Below are positions 21,823 to 31,300 of a DNA stretch of 64,000 bases, one piece after another (the stretch's first letter is position 1; the number at the start of each line of letters is the position of its first letter). A program made the position numbers and the translations under genes. The notes beneath the pieces are model-generated. The model was given only the letters and a program-made list of their open reading frames with translations. It was not told the DNA's origin and searched no databases. Location of the stretch: contig DATKIP010000064.1 in NCBI GenBank assembly GCA_035544015.1, forward strand, positions 2,131 through 66,130, read 5' to 3'. This stretch comes from Candidatus Saccharimonadia bacterium (GTDB taxonomy: Bacteria > Patescibacteriota > Saccharimonadia > UBA4664).

Positions 21823-22329
21823 CTATTTACCCAACTGGTGCTCTTGGTCGTGGTGGGCACCGGCCACCCGCCAAGGCCTTTCAATGCCGTCAAAAGCCTT
21901 GATCGCCTCCTCGCGCAGCACACCGCCAACCACTTCCGGACGGTAGTCCCAGTCTTCCGCCAGCTGGGCGATCCGAATCTTGCGCCGGCGAAACAGGTGC
22001 GGCAGGTCGTCGCGGTAGAGGCCAAACGCCACCCGTGCGATGTTCGACTGAAAAATCGCCGCCGAACACATGGGGCACGGCTCGGCCGAGGCGTAAATGA
22101 CACAATCGCTCAGATCGCGCCGACCCAGCTTCCAGCAAGCCTCGCTGATGGCCAGCATTTCGGCGTGCGCCGTCACGTCGGCCTTGCGATGCTCGCCGTT
22201 CTCGGCCGACACCAGCACCTTGCCGCCCTGCACCAGTACCGCCCCAAACGGAAACTCGCCGCGCTCCTTCGACACTTCTGCCTCCCGGAGCGCTAGCTTC
22301 ATAAACTCTTCATTGACCCAATCTGCCAT
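21823..22329 (-). CDS. Nucleoside/nucleobase deaminase (TadA/GuaD-like)
   Basis: PFGAVLV, HAE, EPCPMC zinc motifs. Confidence 0.88.
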   Translation of the reverse strand: MADWVNEEFMKLALREAEVSKERGEFPFGAVLVQGGKVLVSAENGEHRKADVTAHAEMLAISEACWKLGRRDLSDCVIYASAEPCPMCSAAIFQSNIARVAFGLYRDDLPHLFRRRKIRIAQLAEDWDYRPEVVGGVLREEAIKAFDGIERPWRVAGAHHDQEHQLGK

Positions 22330-22377
22330 TACCCGAAACTCTACAGCCTCTGCCGGTCCGGTGCAACCACAAAAACC

Positions 22378-23319
22378 CTACGGCTCCCGAATCACCGGCG
22401 TCTCCAGCTCCACCTGGATGTGGCTTACGATCGGCGCCCGCCTCCGCACCCGCGCCTTGATCTCGTCGATGATCCCCTCAATTTGCCGCGTCTCCAGCCC
22501 GCCCGCCATGTGCACCTCCACGTTCACGAGCAACCGCTCCGACCCCAAGTACATCGTGCGCAAATCGAGCACCCGCTGCACCTCATCCACCTCCATCACG
22601 GCATCGCGGATGCGGTCTTCAATGTCGCTCGTGGCGCTGCGGCCCACGAGCAAATCCTTCACACTGCTGATGAGAATAATCGCCAGCACCGCGGTGGCCA
22701 GACCAATCGTCACCGAACCGATTCCGTCAAACCGCGCGTTGCCGGTGATCTGGTAGAGCCCAATGGCCGCTAGCCCAAACACCGCCGACGCCGAACCCAA
22801 GAAATCCAGCACCAATGTAGCTTTGGTCTCAATGAGGCTCGAATGCCGAAACCGCTGCCAAGCACTCGGTCCCACGTGCGCCCCCCGCAGACGCCGAATG
22901 CTCAAGCTCAGCGCGTAGCCGTTGGAGGCCAGCCCAATGCCGAGCGCCAAGTACGTTAGCCATACCTCCTGGATCTCCTGAGGATGAATCAACCGCTGCA
23001 CGCCAAAGATCACCGACAGCGTCGCTGTGAGAATAAACATCGTCACCCCGGCCATGAGCACCCAAAAAAACAGCTCGCGGCCGTGCCCAAACCGGTACTG
23101 GCGATTGGCTCGCCGCCCGGCCCGGCGAATGCCTACCAGAAGCAGCGTCGACGTCAGCAAGTCGGCGCCACCCTGCAGCGCCTCGGCCAGCATCACCACG
23201 CTGCCGGTGAGCATCGCCACCCCAAGGTTAAACACCACATCGCTAAAATCAACGGCAAACGACGTTATGATCACCCGGCGCGCCGAAATTGGAACCTTTG
23301 CTATGCCGCGACCCTTCAT
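22378..23319 (-). CDS. Cation diffusion facilitator transporter
   Basis: Six hydrophobic segments, TGSVVMLAEA, FGHGRE, C-terminal dimerisation domain. Confidence 0.88.
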   Translation of the reverse strand: MKGRGIAKVPISARRVIITSFAVDFSDVVFNLGVAMLTGSVVMLAEALQGGADLLTSTLLLVGIRRAGRRANRQYRFGHGRELFFWVLMAGVTMFILTATLSVIFGVQRLIHPQEIQEVWLTYLALGIGLASNGYALSLSIRRLRGAHVGPSAWQRFRHSSLIETKATLVLDFLGSASAVFGLAAIGLYQITGNARFDGIGSVTIGLATAVLAIILISSVKDLLVGRSATSDIEDRIRDAVMEVDEVQRVLDLRTMYLGSERLLVNVEVHMAGGLETRQIEGIIDEIKARVRRRAPIVSHIQVELETPVIREP

Positions 23320-23387
23320 TACCTCACTAGTATAACCGCTTTAGCCGCCGCCCGCCTTTGCGCCACCCGCGACTCATCGCCACCCCA

Positions 23388-23431
23388 AAAATACCTGACA
23401 TTTTACATGCCTGCTAAATGTCAGGTATTTT
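23388..23431. repeat. 16-bp perfect inverted repeat upstream of the CDF gene
   Basis: aaaatacctgacattt (23388-403) / aaatgtcaggtatttt (23416-31). Confidence 0.75.
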
Positions 23432-23471
23432 CTCGCATATAGCCAACCACCTCCCGCTCGAAAGGGCGGCC

Positions 23472-23981
23472 TTAGCTATCGCTCAGCGACTTCGCCCAGG
23501 CAATCTTCTCCTGCCCCGGACCGTAGAAATCCCTGTCCAAGAAGATCGGCTCGCCAAACCGCTCGTTCCAAAAGCCGTAACCCGATTCCCGGTTGCGCGA
23601 TCCGCTCACCACAATGAGCTTCGTAAAGCCCAAATCCTTCGCCCGCTGCTCCAGCCGCTCCGCCAGCGCGCGGCCCACGCCCCGCCCGCGCCAGGTGCCA
23701 GCTACGTAGGCATTCACGAGCTCCGCCGGCCGCTCACTAGGCCAATGTAGTGCCGCATCGATACCCACGCCGGTGAGTCCCATCAAGCCGACCACCGCCC
23801 CATCACCCGACTCTGCTACCAGGTACTGCCGCTCGGAGTCGCCCGCCGCACTCCGGCGTACCGCCTCCAAGATGGCGCTGATATCGTCCGCCAGCACCCA
23901 CTCGTCCAGAATCGGCCGAATCGCCGCCGCATCCCCGTTCCGCACCGCACGAATTACCCCGTCGAAATCGCGATTCATCAC
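23472..23981 (-). CDS. GNAT acetyltransferase
   Basis: YVAGTWRGRGVGRAL acetyl-CoA motif. Confidence 0.85.
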   Translation of the reverse strand: MMNRDFDGVIRAVRNGDAAAIRPILDEWVLADDISAILEAVRRSAAGDSERQYLVAESGDGAVVGLMGLTGVGIDAALHWPSERPAELVNAYVAGTWRGRGVGRALAERLEQRAKDLGFTKLIVVSGSRNRESGYGFWNERFGEPIFLDRDFYGPGQEKIAWAKSLSDS

Positions 23982-25318
23982 AGCATCGATCGCGCATCAT
24001 CGCTAGGCGACGGAAACGCGTAAATCGGCGCCTGGAATTGCTCCACCGTCAGCCCCGCCTCGATTGCCAGCGCAAACAGGTTAATGATGTCCTCGGCGTG
24101 ATTGCCGACCAGGTGCGCCCCCACGATTTTGCCTGTCTTGGCCTCCACCAGCGTCTTCGACATCGTATGCTTCAAGTTGGTGCGCTTGGCGTCGAACCAC
24201 CCCGACATATCCTCGGTGTGCACCCGCACGTCCAGGCCCTGTTCGGCCGCCGCGTGCTCCGTGAGGCCCACCATTGCCAATGGCGGCTCCGTAAACACCA
24301 CACTCGGCGTCGAGCGGTAATCCGGCTGCTTCGTGGGCGTGCCGAGCAGGTTGTCCGCCACGATCGTCCCATGCAGCCGGGCAATGGGGGACAGCGGCGG
24401 CCCCGCGGCGGCCGCATCACCGCCCGCGTACACCCGCGGGTTCGTGGTGCTTTGCAGGTGCTCGTTCACGCTCACCCCGCGCCGCTCGTAGGCCACGCCC
24501 GCAGCCTCCAGATCCAGGCCCGCAATCGCCGGCACCCGCCCCGCGCCGTGCACCGCCACATCCGCCTCGTGCCGCCCGCCGCCATCCGTGTGCACCACCA
24601 CGCCGCTGGCCGTCTGCTCGATCCGCTCAGCCGCCGCTCCCAGCACCACCTCAATGCCGGCCTCCCGCGACGCCGCCACCAGCGTCTTCACTGCGTCTAG
24701 GTCAAATACCCCGAGCGGCCGCTCGTCGCGATGCAAAATCGTCACCTTCACGCCAAACCGCGCCGCCACGTGCGCCAGCTCAAACGACACATACCCGCCG
24801 CCCACAAACACCATCCGTTGCGGCAACTCGGGCAGACTCAAAAAATCATCGCTCGTCACCAAATGCTCCGCCCCGGCCAGGTCCAGCTCCATCGGCGCCG
24901 CCCCCACGGCGATATGAACATGCTTGGCCTCCAGCCGCTCGCCGTTGACCTCCACGGTCGTCTCATTCACAAATTTCGGCGCGCCCTCGTACAGCTCCAC
25001 CCCCGCCTTCTCCAGCGCCTCTTTCGTTTCGCCCGACACCGGCCCGGTAAACGTATCCTTAAACTTGATCAACTGCCCCCAATCCAGCTGCGCCGGCTTC
25101 GTCACAATCCCCAGCTCCCCAAACCGCCGGCCCGCATCCGCCATCTCGGCCACGCCCACCAACACCTTCTTTGGGATGCACCCGCGGTTGTCGCACGTCC
25201 CGCCCCACACCTGGTTGGCCTCGATCACCGCTACCCGCCACCCCGCCGCCCGGCACCGCATCGCCACGCGATACCCCGCGCCGCCGCTGCCCAAAACCAC
25301 CAAATCATACTGCTTCAT
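23978..25318 (-). CDS. Pyridine nucleotide-disulfide oxidoreductase (glutathione reductase-like)
   Basis: GSGGAG, GGTCDNRGCIPKK redox motif, GGGYVSFE; C-terminal AFPSPS lacks the usual His. Confidence 0.9.
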   Translation of the reverse strand: MKQYDLVVLGSGGAGYRVAMRCRAAGWRVAVIEANQVWGGTCDNRGCIPKKVLVGVAEMADAGRRFGELGIVTKPAQLDWGQLIKFKDTFTGPVSGETKEALEKAGVELYEGAPKFVNETTVEVNGERLEAKHVHIAVGAAPMELDLAGAEHLVTSDDFLSLPELPQRMVFVGGGYVSFELAHVAARFGVKVTILHRDERPLGVFDLDAVKTLVAASREAGIEVVLGAAAERIEQTASGVVVHTDGGGRHEADVAVHGAGRVPAIAGLDLEAAGVAYERRGVSVNEHLQSTTNPRVYAGGDAAAAGPPLSPIARLHGTIVADNLLGTPTKQPDYRSTPSVVFTEPPLAMVGLTEHAAAEQGLDVRVHTEDMSGWFDAKRTNLKHTMSKTLVEAKTGKIVGAHLVGNHAEDIINLFALAIEAGLTVEQFQAPIYAFPSPSDDARSML

Positions 25319-25335
25319 ATACCCCTCCCAAATCC

Positions 25336-25794
25336 TCAATCATTAACATTTTCCTGATCCATCGCCGGCCGCGCCCGATAGAGCCGCAAGTCAACCTGAG
25401 TAATAATCGATAGGGGAGTCGGCAACGCATCCAGTGCAAACCACCCGATCTCGTCGCATTTTTCCGGCTCCATGATGCGGGGCTCCCGGTCCGGCTTCAG
25501 GGTCGCCAAAAACGTCACCGCCACCCAGTGCTGGCCTTCCGCCGGAATCAAGTGATCGACCGCCGGAAAGGTATCCACGATTTCAATCTCCACCCCGTAT
25601 TCTTCCAAAATCTCGCGTCGCGCCGCCTCCTCCAGCGTCTCGCCAAACTCTACACCGCCACCCGGCGTCTCCCAGCATCCGCGCTCATTCTTCACATTTT
25701 GGCTCCGCTTAGCCAAAAAAAGCTCACCATTATGATTGAAAATCATCGCTCCAGCCGCCACGCCGATATAATCAATGCCTGGCTTCGGAGTCAT
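25336..25794 (-). CDS. Nudix hydrolase
   Basis: Complete Nudix box GGGVEFGETLEEAARREILEEYG. Confidence 0.92.
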   Translation of the reverse strand: MTPKPGIDYIGVAAGAMIFNHNGELFLAKRSQNVKNERGCWETPGGGVEFGETLEEAARREILEEYGVEIEIVDTFPAVDHLIPAEGQHWVAVTFLATLKPDREPRIMEPEKCDEIGWFALDALPTPLSIITQVDLRLYRARPAMDQENVND

Positions 25795-25799
25795 CCTGC

Positions 25800-26189
25800 T
25801 CACGTAATCTCCGGGTAGCGGTCGGCGTTGTTTCGATAGTATTCAACCCAGGTATCATTTTCGCCAACTTCAACGCACTCAACATACAAGCCGAGCCGAA
25901 ACGGTCCATACTTTTCGTTTTTGCTAGCCTGAGCCTTCGATACCTCTTCCGCACCCACGCCCAGCAGTTCGCGCAAGTCATCGAGCGCCTGCTGCACATC
26001 GGCGATCTCCGATGCCACCTCTTCTGGGCGAGCAGTTAATATTTCTTGCGCTTCTTCCGCAATCTTTTCCACCAACCGCTCTTTATGTTCGTCCTTCTCA
26101 AGCTTACGAAAAGACGGCCGGCCACCGTCAGCAATTCGCTCCACAATTTTATCGCGAACGAGCTTCTCGAAAGAAAACTTCAACATCAT
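25800..26189 (-). CDS. MazG-like NTP pyrophosphohydrolase
   Basis: KLVRDKI, EEAQE...EIADV, KNEKYGPF. Confidence 0.8.
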   Translation of the reverse strand: MMLKFSFEKLVRDKIVERIADGGRPSFRKLEKDEHKERLVEKIAEEAQEILTARPEEVASEIADVQQALDDLRELLGVGAEEVSKAQASKNEKYGPFRLGLYVECVEVGENDTWVEYYRNNADRYPEIT

Positions 26190-27097
26190 TCCAGGTCCTG
26201 CTTAATAATTTCCTTGCGCAGCCACATGCGGTCGGCCCTGGCTACATCGCCCTCAAACTTCACGCCCAGCAAGTCCGATACCCAGGCCTGCACGGCTGGG
26301 TCTTGGCAGACGAAGTAGCTGCTGCCCTCATTGACACTCACCACATTCACGAACCATTCGGGCTTCATCGCCGCCAGCTCCTGCTCGATGGTGGCCTGGT
26401 GCCGGCTCACCACTTCAGCCGCATCCCACACCACCAGCTGGCCAACGCCAAGCGGGCGCGGAAACGTCTTGAAGGTCAGAATTTTGGAGTCATTACGAAT
26501 AGACGTCGTGGCATCGGCCAAGATCGCTTCCTGGCACTCGGTGAAGTATTGAGCGGTCCAGCCGTCGGGAATGTCGGCGTGGGCGACTAGCGCTCTATAG
26601 GCGGTCCGATCACGCTCGGTCGTAACGTGCGCCTTAAAGTTCAAGGTGTTGTCCAAAATGCCCGATACCAGCAGCTTCGCGCTCGTTTCGCTCATGGTAT
26701 CGGCCAACCCTGCCGCCACCCACCGCTCGTAAACTAGCGTGCAAGCCGCACCGATAAACTCAATATGGGCCTTATCGCCAATTCGCTCCTGCCAATATTG
26801 CTCGAAACCTGGGTGATGGTCGATCACCTCGTCCACTCTGGCCAGATCCACAAACCGGTCGAAATGCTCCGGGTCGGAGATGTCGATGAGCGTAAACATG
26901 TCTGTGTCGTTGGGCGTGTAGGTGGTATTGAGCGGCGCCCGCCACGACCGCACCGTCTGACTGATGCTTTCGTTCCAGACCGCCGTGCTAACGGCCTGCG
27001 CCTGCTCGCCCCGAGCTTGCAGGAGTTCAGCATAAGCAATCGCCCCCGCATAGGCGTCTATATCCATATACCGCGACCCGGCAGTAACAATCCTCAT
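26186..27097 (-). CDS. DHH-family phosphoesterase (family II PPase/exopolyphosphatase-like)
   Basis: DIDAY, VIDHH, GAACTL, ILDNTLNF, WLRKE. Confidence 0.82.
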   Translation of the reverse strand: MRIVTAGSRYMDIDAYAGAIAYAELLQARGEQAQAVSTAVWNESISQTVRSWRAPLNTTYTPNDTDMFTLIDISDPEHFDRFVDLARVDEVIDHHPGFEQYWQERIGDKAHIEFIGAACTLVYERWVAAGLADTMSETSAKLLVSGILDNTLNFKAHVTTERDRTAYRALVAHADIPDGWTAQYFTECQEAILADATTSIRNDSKILTFKTFPRPLGVGQLVVWDAAEVVSRHQATIEQELAAMKPEWFVNVVSVNEGSSYFVCQDPAVQAWVSDLLGVKFEGDVARADRMWLRKEIIKQDLE

Positions 27098-27211
27098 GCG
27101 TAGAACAATATCATAATCGTATAATGCGTAAAATATATACAAAAACAGAGAAACCGACCAAAAATGTATAGATATTTGACATTTTGTATAGTTTTAGTGC
27201 AAAATCTAAGC

Positions 27212-27943
27212 ATGCCTAAAAACAACAATTTAGTTCCGATAAGTGAGGCCGCAAAGTATTTGGGTGTTACGGTTATGACCTTACGGCGCTGGGATGAGTC
27301 AGGGAAGCTGCCGGCTCTTAAGAGTCCCGGCGGTCACCGATACTATCACCGAGACGCGCTTGAACGTTATAACGCCGAGCTTTTTAGATTGGCCCAAATA
27401 TGGGCAGCAAGTGACGTGGCGCCAAATCTCCCGCCGGCAGACTACTCCGATACGCAGGATAGATTTAGGGCCAGGTTAGACCGAATGGCCAATCTTATAA
27501 ACCAAAACCCCGAAACATCCGTAGCGGCATCTCTAGTTACTGCGATGGCAGGAGAAATAGGTAATAATTCATTCGACCATAACTTAGGAAATTGGCCCGA
27601 TATCCCAGGCCTATTTTTCAGTTACGATCTAAATAGGCGCATCGTTGTACTAGCCGACCGAGGGGTGGGAATTAAAGCGACATTATTGAGGGTGCGTCCA
27701 GAAATGAAAGATGATATTGAAGCACTAACGGTTGCTATGACAGAGTTTGTATCTGGCAGAACCCCCGAACAAAGAGGAAATGGCCTGAAGTTTGTGCGGA
27801 CAGTAGCGACACAGAATCCAATAGGAATTGCTTTGCAGTCGGGTGTAGCAATCGCCACAATTGAGAAGGAAGGTCCTAAAGAACTAAGAGTAAGGCTTGC
27901 AGATCACTTCATTCGCGGCACATTAGCTAGAATTGAGTATTAA
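27212..27943 (+). CDS. MerR-type HTH fused to HATPase-like domain
   Basis: ISEAAKYLGVTVMTLRRWDESG..GGHRYY; EIGNNSFDH, ADRGVG, RGNGL GHKL boxes; lower GC than flanks. Confidence 0.82.
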   Translation: MPKNNNLVPISEAAKYLGVTVMTLRRWDESGKLPALKSPGGHRYYHRDALERYNAELFRLAQIWAASDVAPNLPPADYSDTQDRFRARLDRMANLINQNPETSVAASLVTAMAGEIGNNSFDHNLGNWPDIPGLFFSYDLNRRIVVLADRGVGIKATLLRVRPEMKDDIEALTVAMTEFVSGRTPEQRGNGLKFVRTVATQNPIGIALQSGVAIATIEKEGPKELRVRLADHFIRGTLARIEY

Positions 27944-27945
27944 TT

Positions 27946-28212
27946 ATGAGAATCGAACTAAAAAAATTCGGAGATGTTCTTACTTCCCGCCCAGCGGGCA
28001 AAGAGGCCTTTGCGGCAATACTCCCAACATTAAACCCCAACGAAAGCAATGTAGAGATCGACTTTAGTAGCGTTATTTCTCTTGCACCCTCTTGGGCTGA
28101 CGAATTCTTCAGAGCATTAGAGGAACTCTATGGGGATCGAGTTATCTATATGCCAAGTGATAATCCGTCTGTAAAAGCTACGCTGGCTATTATTCGTGAT
28201 CAAGCAAAATAG
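27946..28212 (+). CDS. STAS-like (DUF4325-type) protein
   Basis: LTSRPAG, IDFSSV, PSWADEFF pattern; directly follows the HATPase gene. Confidence 0.78.
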   Translation: MRIELKKFGDVLTSRPAGKEAFAAILPTLNPNESNVEIDFSSVISLAPSWADEFFRALEELYGDRVIYMPSDNPSVKATLAIIRDQAK

Positions 28213-28292
28213 GGTCCTACAAAACCGTACTTCGGGCTCTCCGAATCGACTTATGCCAATGTAAATAGTCCGACTCCAAGGCGTGGAGGACG

Positions 28293-28766
28293 TCAAAGCA
28301 GCACTGGCCTCCTGACGGTGATTGCTTGGCCGCTTGAGGTATCGACGCCGTCAGCGCGCAAACTAATTTCTTTAGGGGCAGCCCTATAAATGCGCCATGA
28401 CGCCTCGCCCGTCACCTCGGCCGGGCTGCCAATAGTAAATTTATCCGGTTGTGGCCGGGTATGCAGCGCCGCAATAGCAATATCAATGTCGGCCGGGCTC
28501 TCCAGCTCGACTGCCTCGGCATCAAAGTAAACACCCCCAGAATTTGTCGGCGGCTCTTGGCCAAAAATAACTATCCCCACTTGTGACCTGGCGCGCACGT
28601 TGCTGGAGTGGCGGGCAGCTTTGGCCGAAACCCAGTACAAGTTGAAGTCCTTATCGGGGGCAAAGAATAATGTCGAAGCCCATGGCTTACCGTCGGCATC
28701 CGCCGTCGCTAGCGTCATGTGCACGTTTGTCTCGATCAAGCGCTTGGCTTTTTCGGCATCATTCAT
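28293..28766 (-). CDS. Pyridoxamine 5'-phosphate oxidase-like FMN-binding protein
   Basis: MTLATADADGKPW, LYWVS...RHSSN. Confidence 0.82.
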   Translation of the reverse strand: MNDAEKAKRLIETNVHMTLATADADGKPWASTLFFAPDKDFNLYWVSAKAARHSSNVRARSQVGIVIFGQEPPTNSGGVYFDAEAVELESPADIDIAIAALHTRPQPDKFTIGSPAEVTGEASWRIYRAAPKEISLRADGVDTSSGQAITVRRPVLL

Positions 28767-28772
28767 AGTGGG

Positions 28773-29675
28773 CTAGAAATCCGCAATCACGAGCTTTTTC
28801 ATTTCCATCATATGAGCAAAGGCTTTCGGTCGCCGCATGAGCTCGTCCACATTCGCCGGCGCTACCTGCCAGCTCACCCCAAACTGGTCTTTGCACCAGC
28901 CACATTGCTCCGCCTCCGGCACGGTCGAGAGTTTGCCCCAAAAGTAATCAATTTCAGCTTGGTCCTCGCAGGCCACCGATAGCGATACCGCCTCGTTAAA
29001 AGTAAAATCCTGCCCCACGCCCGAGTCCATGGCAGCAAACCATTGGTCTCCCAGCCTGAAATCAGCGAACATGAGCGACCCGGCTTTAGCCGGCCCCGTG
29101 TCTTTGTCGTAGCGCGCCATCGTACCGGTCTGCGAGTCCTTAAAGACCGACGTATACAACTTGATAGCCTCCTCGGCCTGGTTGACGTGGCCCGCGCCAA
29201 ACATCAAAGCGGGGACAATAAACGGACGTGGCTCGCCCTCCGGCTTCGCCAGGCTCAGCTGCCAGGTGAGTCCGTAGCGATCCCTCACCCAGCCGTAACG
29301 CTTGCTGTACGGGTATTCGTCGAGCGCCATGAGGGCTTCGCCGCCCTCGATCAGCTTGCCCCATAGCTCGTCGAGATGCTCAGCCGCCGCATCGTCGCGC
29401 GACGGGTCAAAGTTCACCATAAACGAAATCGACGGGTTGAATTTAAACTCAGACCCGGCATTAATGGCCACAAACTCCTGGCCACTCAGCTCAAATGCTA
29501 TCGTGAGCACCTGTCCGGCTAAGTCTTTCTGAAAGTCGGCCAGCCCGTCTTCCGCGCTCTCGGGGTAGTGGGTGGTGTCGGTGATGCGGCTATCCGGAAC
29601 CGCCGATACATAAAAATCCACTGCCTGCTTGGCATTCCCGCCAAACCATAAATTGGGGGTAATTTTTTGTGCCAT
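28773..29675 (-). CDS. Tandem VOC (PhnB/3-dmu-9_3-mt) protein
   Basis: QKITPNLWF, FNPSISF, YGWVRDRYGLTWQ and CGWCKDQFGVSWQ duplicated domains. Confidence 0.9.
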   Translation of the reverse strand: MAQKITPNLWFGGNAKQAVDFYVSAVPDSRITDTTHYPESAEDGLADFQKDLAGQVLTIAFELSGQEFVAINAGSEFKFNPSISFMVNFDPSRDDAAAEHLDELWGKLIEGGEALMALDEYPYSKRYGWVRDRYGLTWQLSLAKPEGEPRPFIVPALMFGAGHVNQAEEAIKLYTSVFKDSQTGTMARYDKDTGPAKAGSLMFADFRLGDQWFAAMDSGVGQDFTFNEAVSLSVACEDQAEIDYFWGKLSTVPEAEQCGWCKDQFGVSWQVAPANVDELMRRPKAFAHMMEMKKLVIADF

Positions 29676-29820
29676 GGCGCGCCCTCTATTAATGCTGTCA
29701 CTACCGTTATACCAGCAATGCCGGGCGCGCGCATGTACGAGCAAGACAAAAACAGGCGCTCATGCCCGAACTGGTGGACTAGCCGCTCTGGGGTCCCCAC
29801 GGCAGTTGTATAATTACGCC

Positions 29821-30183
29821 ATGGAAGACGCCCAGGCCCATAAGCTAACTACAAAAATTAAAGCCAACATGATTGCCGCCACGAAGGCTCGAAAGAGCGT
29901 TGAAGTGAGTGCGCTTCGGTCTCTACTGGCTAGGATATCTAATGCAGAGGCAGTGCCGGCGGATCAAAGCCATATAGCATCCAGCAGCATCGCGGGGGCC
30001 AGCGTCGGTGTAGGATCGACCGAAGCGCCGAGAAAGCAACTTTCCTACATGGATGTGCAAGAGATAATCCAGGCTGAAATTCAAGAAATTCAGGCGGCCA
30101 AACAGCGGCTAGATGGGTCAAGCGACTATGTAGCCGAGCTTGACCAGAAAATCGTCATAGTGAGTGCCTATCTGGAAAAATAA
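29821..30183 (+). CDS. YqeY-like helical protein
   Basis: AATKARKSVEVSALRSLLARISNAEAV...; ATG 6 nt behind TATAAT. Confidence 0.6.
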   Translation: MEDAQAHKLTTKIKANMIAATKARKSVEVSALRSLLARISNAEAVPADQSHIASSSIAGASVGVGSTEAPRKQLSYMDVQEIIQAEIQEIQAAKQRLDGSSDYVAELDQKIVIVSAYLEK

Positions 30184-30206
30184 CCCGCTCGGCATAGCAA
30201 GCGGCG

Positions 30207-30998
30207 TTAGAAGTGAGCCAGTACGTCCTCAACGCATTCTGCTAATCTGGTTAGAGTTGGGATTAGCGGCTCGGAGTGAACGATGCCATCAACATTAAAA
30301 GCGAGCTGAATATCAAACTGTGTATCATCGTGCGACGTGTCGCCTGAAGGAGTCGAGAAAAGTACGACTCCTTCGGATATCACCACTTTATCGTCTGGGA
30401 CTAACCCAATCTGCACGGATGGGGTATCCTGCGTCCACTCCATGCCTGGCTCATCAGCAAATGCTTTGCGGAAGTGAGCGCCAAGGTCTACCACCACAGC
30501 CTGATGATTGGCCGAGATAGATAGCATGAAATGGTGTTTATCGGTGATATCCAGCTTGTGAATCAACCAAAGCGAGTTATTCCCGCCCTCGTATGGGGCA
30601 AGGCCAGTAATCGTAGCGATATGCTCGGAAGACATTCCTCGGGTTTTTTGTAAGACGCCGTTAGCGTATGATTCGGCATCCTTAAATATCGGAAACTCGG
30701 TGGCTCGCCCAGGATCGACACCATTGGACAAGATAAGGGCGTAGTTTAAATGATCGAGCGCAGTACGCAAATTATGTATCACATCACCGGCTTGCGTTTG
30801 CAGTTCTGCCGGGATTTCCCGAACCGAAACCACCTGCCATTCTCGTAACCCTGTTTTTTTGTTATCAACAATGGCTACGTCATAGGGTCTGCTACCGTAA
30901 AATAACTGAGTCGTATTAGTCATCTCGCCCAATAGAATTTTTGCCCGCTCAAGCTTATGTCGGGCACTATTCAGGTTTGGCTGTGCGCTTGCTTCCAT
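30207..30998 (-). CDS. Hypothetical protein, lower GC
   Basis: 263-aa ORF with AAGGA SD; motifs KLERA, GDVIHNLRTALD, LDITDKH. Confidence 0.7.
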   Translation of the reverse strand: MEASAQPNLNSARHKLERAKILLGEMTNTTQLFYGSRPYDVAIVDNKKTGLREWQVVSVREIPAELQTQAGDVIHNLRTALDHLNYALILSNGVDPGRATEFPIFKDAESYANGVLQKTRGMSSEHIATITGLAPYEGGNNSLWLIHKLDITDKHHFMLSISANHQAVVVDLGAHFRKAFADEPGMEWTQDTPSVQIGLVPDDKVVISEGVVLFSTPSGDTSHDDTQFDIQLAFNVDGIVHSEPLIPTLTRLAECVEDVLAHF

Positions 30999-31066
30999 GA
31001 GGGTCCTTATCTGTCTCTACGGTGTATCAGATATTACCACTACGAGAGATTAATTGAAGTCCATCA

Positions 31067-31092
31067 AAAAGAGGCCCACAAAGGCCTCTTTT
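31067..31092 (-). terminator. Intrinsic terminator-like hairpin
   Basis: aaaagaggcc / ggcctctttt. Confidence 0.7.
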
Positions 31093-31097
31093 GTCAT

Positions 31098-31113
31098 ATA
31101 ATTCCTGGCTCCG
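31098..31113 (-). repeat. 16-bp copy of the tRNA-Asn 3' end (att-like)
   Basis: ataattcctggctccg, identical to 32363-32378. Confidence 0.75.
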
Positions 31114-31149
31114 AGTCGTATCGGAAGTCAGAACTGCTTTGAGAAGCGA

Positions 31150-31288
31150 AACCTAACAAAGAACCCAACATAGGGCACTAGGATGCTGACATAGAGAAAT
31201 AGCTTATGCCTAACAAAGAACCTAACATACAACTAACATAGAGTTGACATAGAACCTAACATAGAGTAAAATAGAACCTAACATAGAA
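31150..31288 (+). repeat. Array of about ten CTAACATAG-like direct repeats over a promoter
   Basis: Cores at 31153, 31165, 31186, 31210, 31222, 31233, 31244, 31256, 31267 (degenerate), 31278. Confidence 0.8.
31244..31272 (+). promoter_or_regulatory. sigma70-type promoter
   Basis: TTGACA (31244-49), 17 bp, TAAAAT (31267-72); GAGG SD before ATG 31301. Confidence 0.75.
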
Positions 31289-31300
31289 TTAGAGGAAGAT

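Noticed and set aside
31150-31288. CRISPR array
   Set aside because: Units are 9-12 bp with no spacers, and there are no cas genes.
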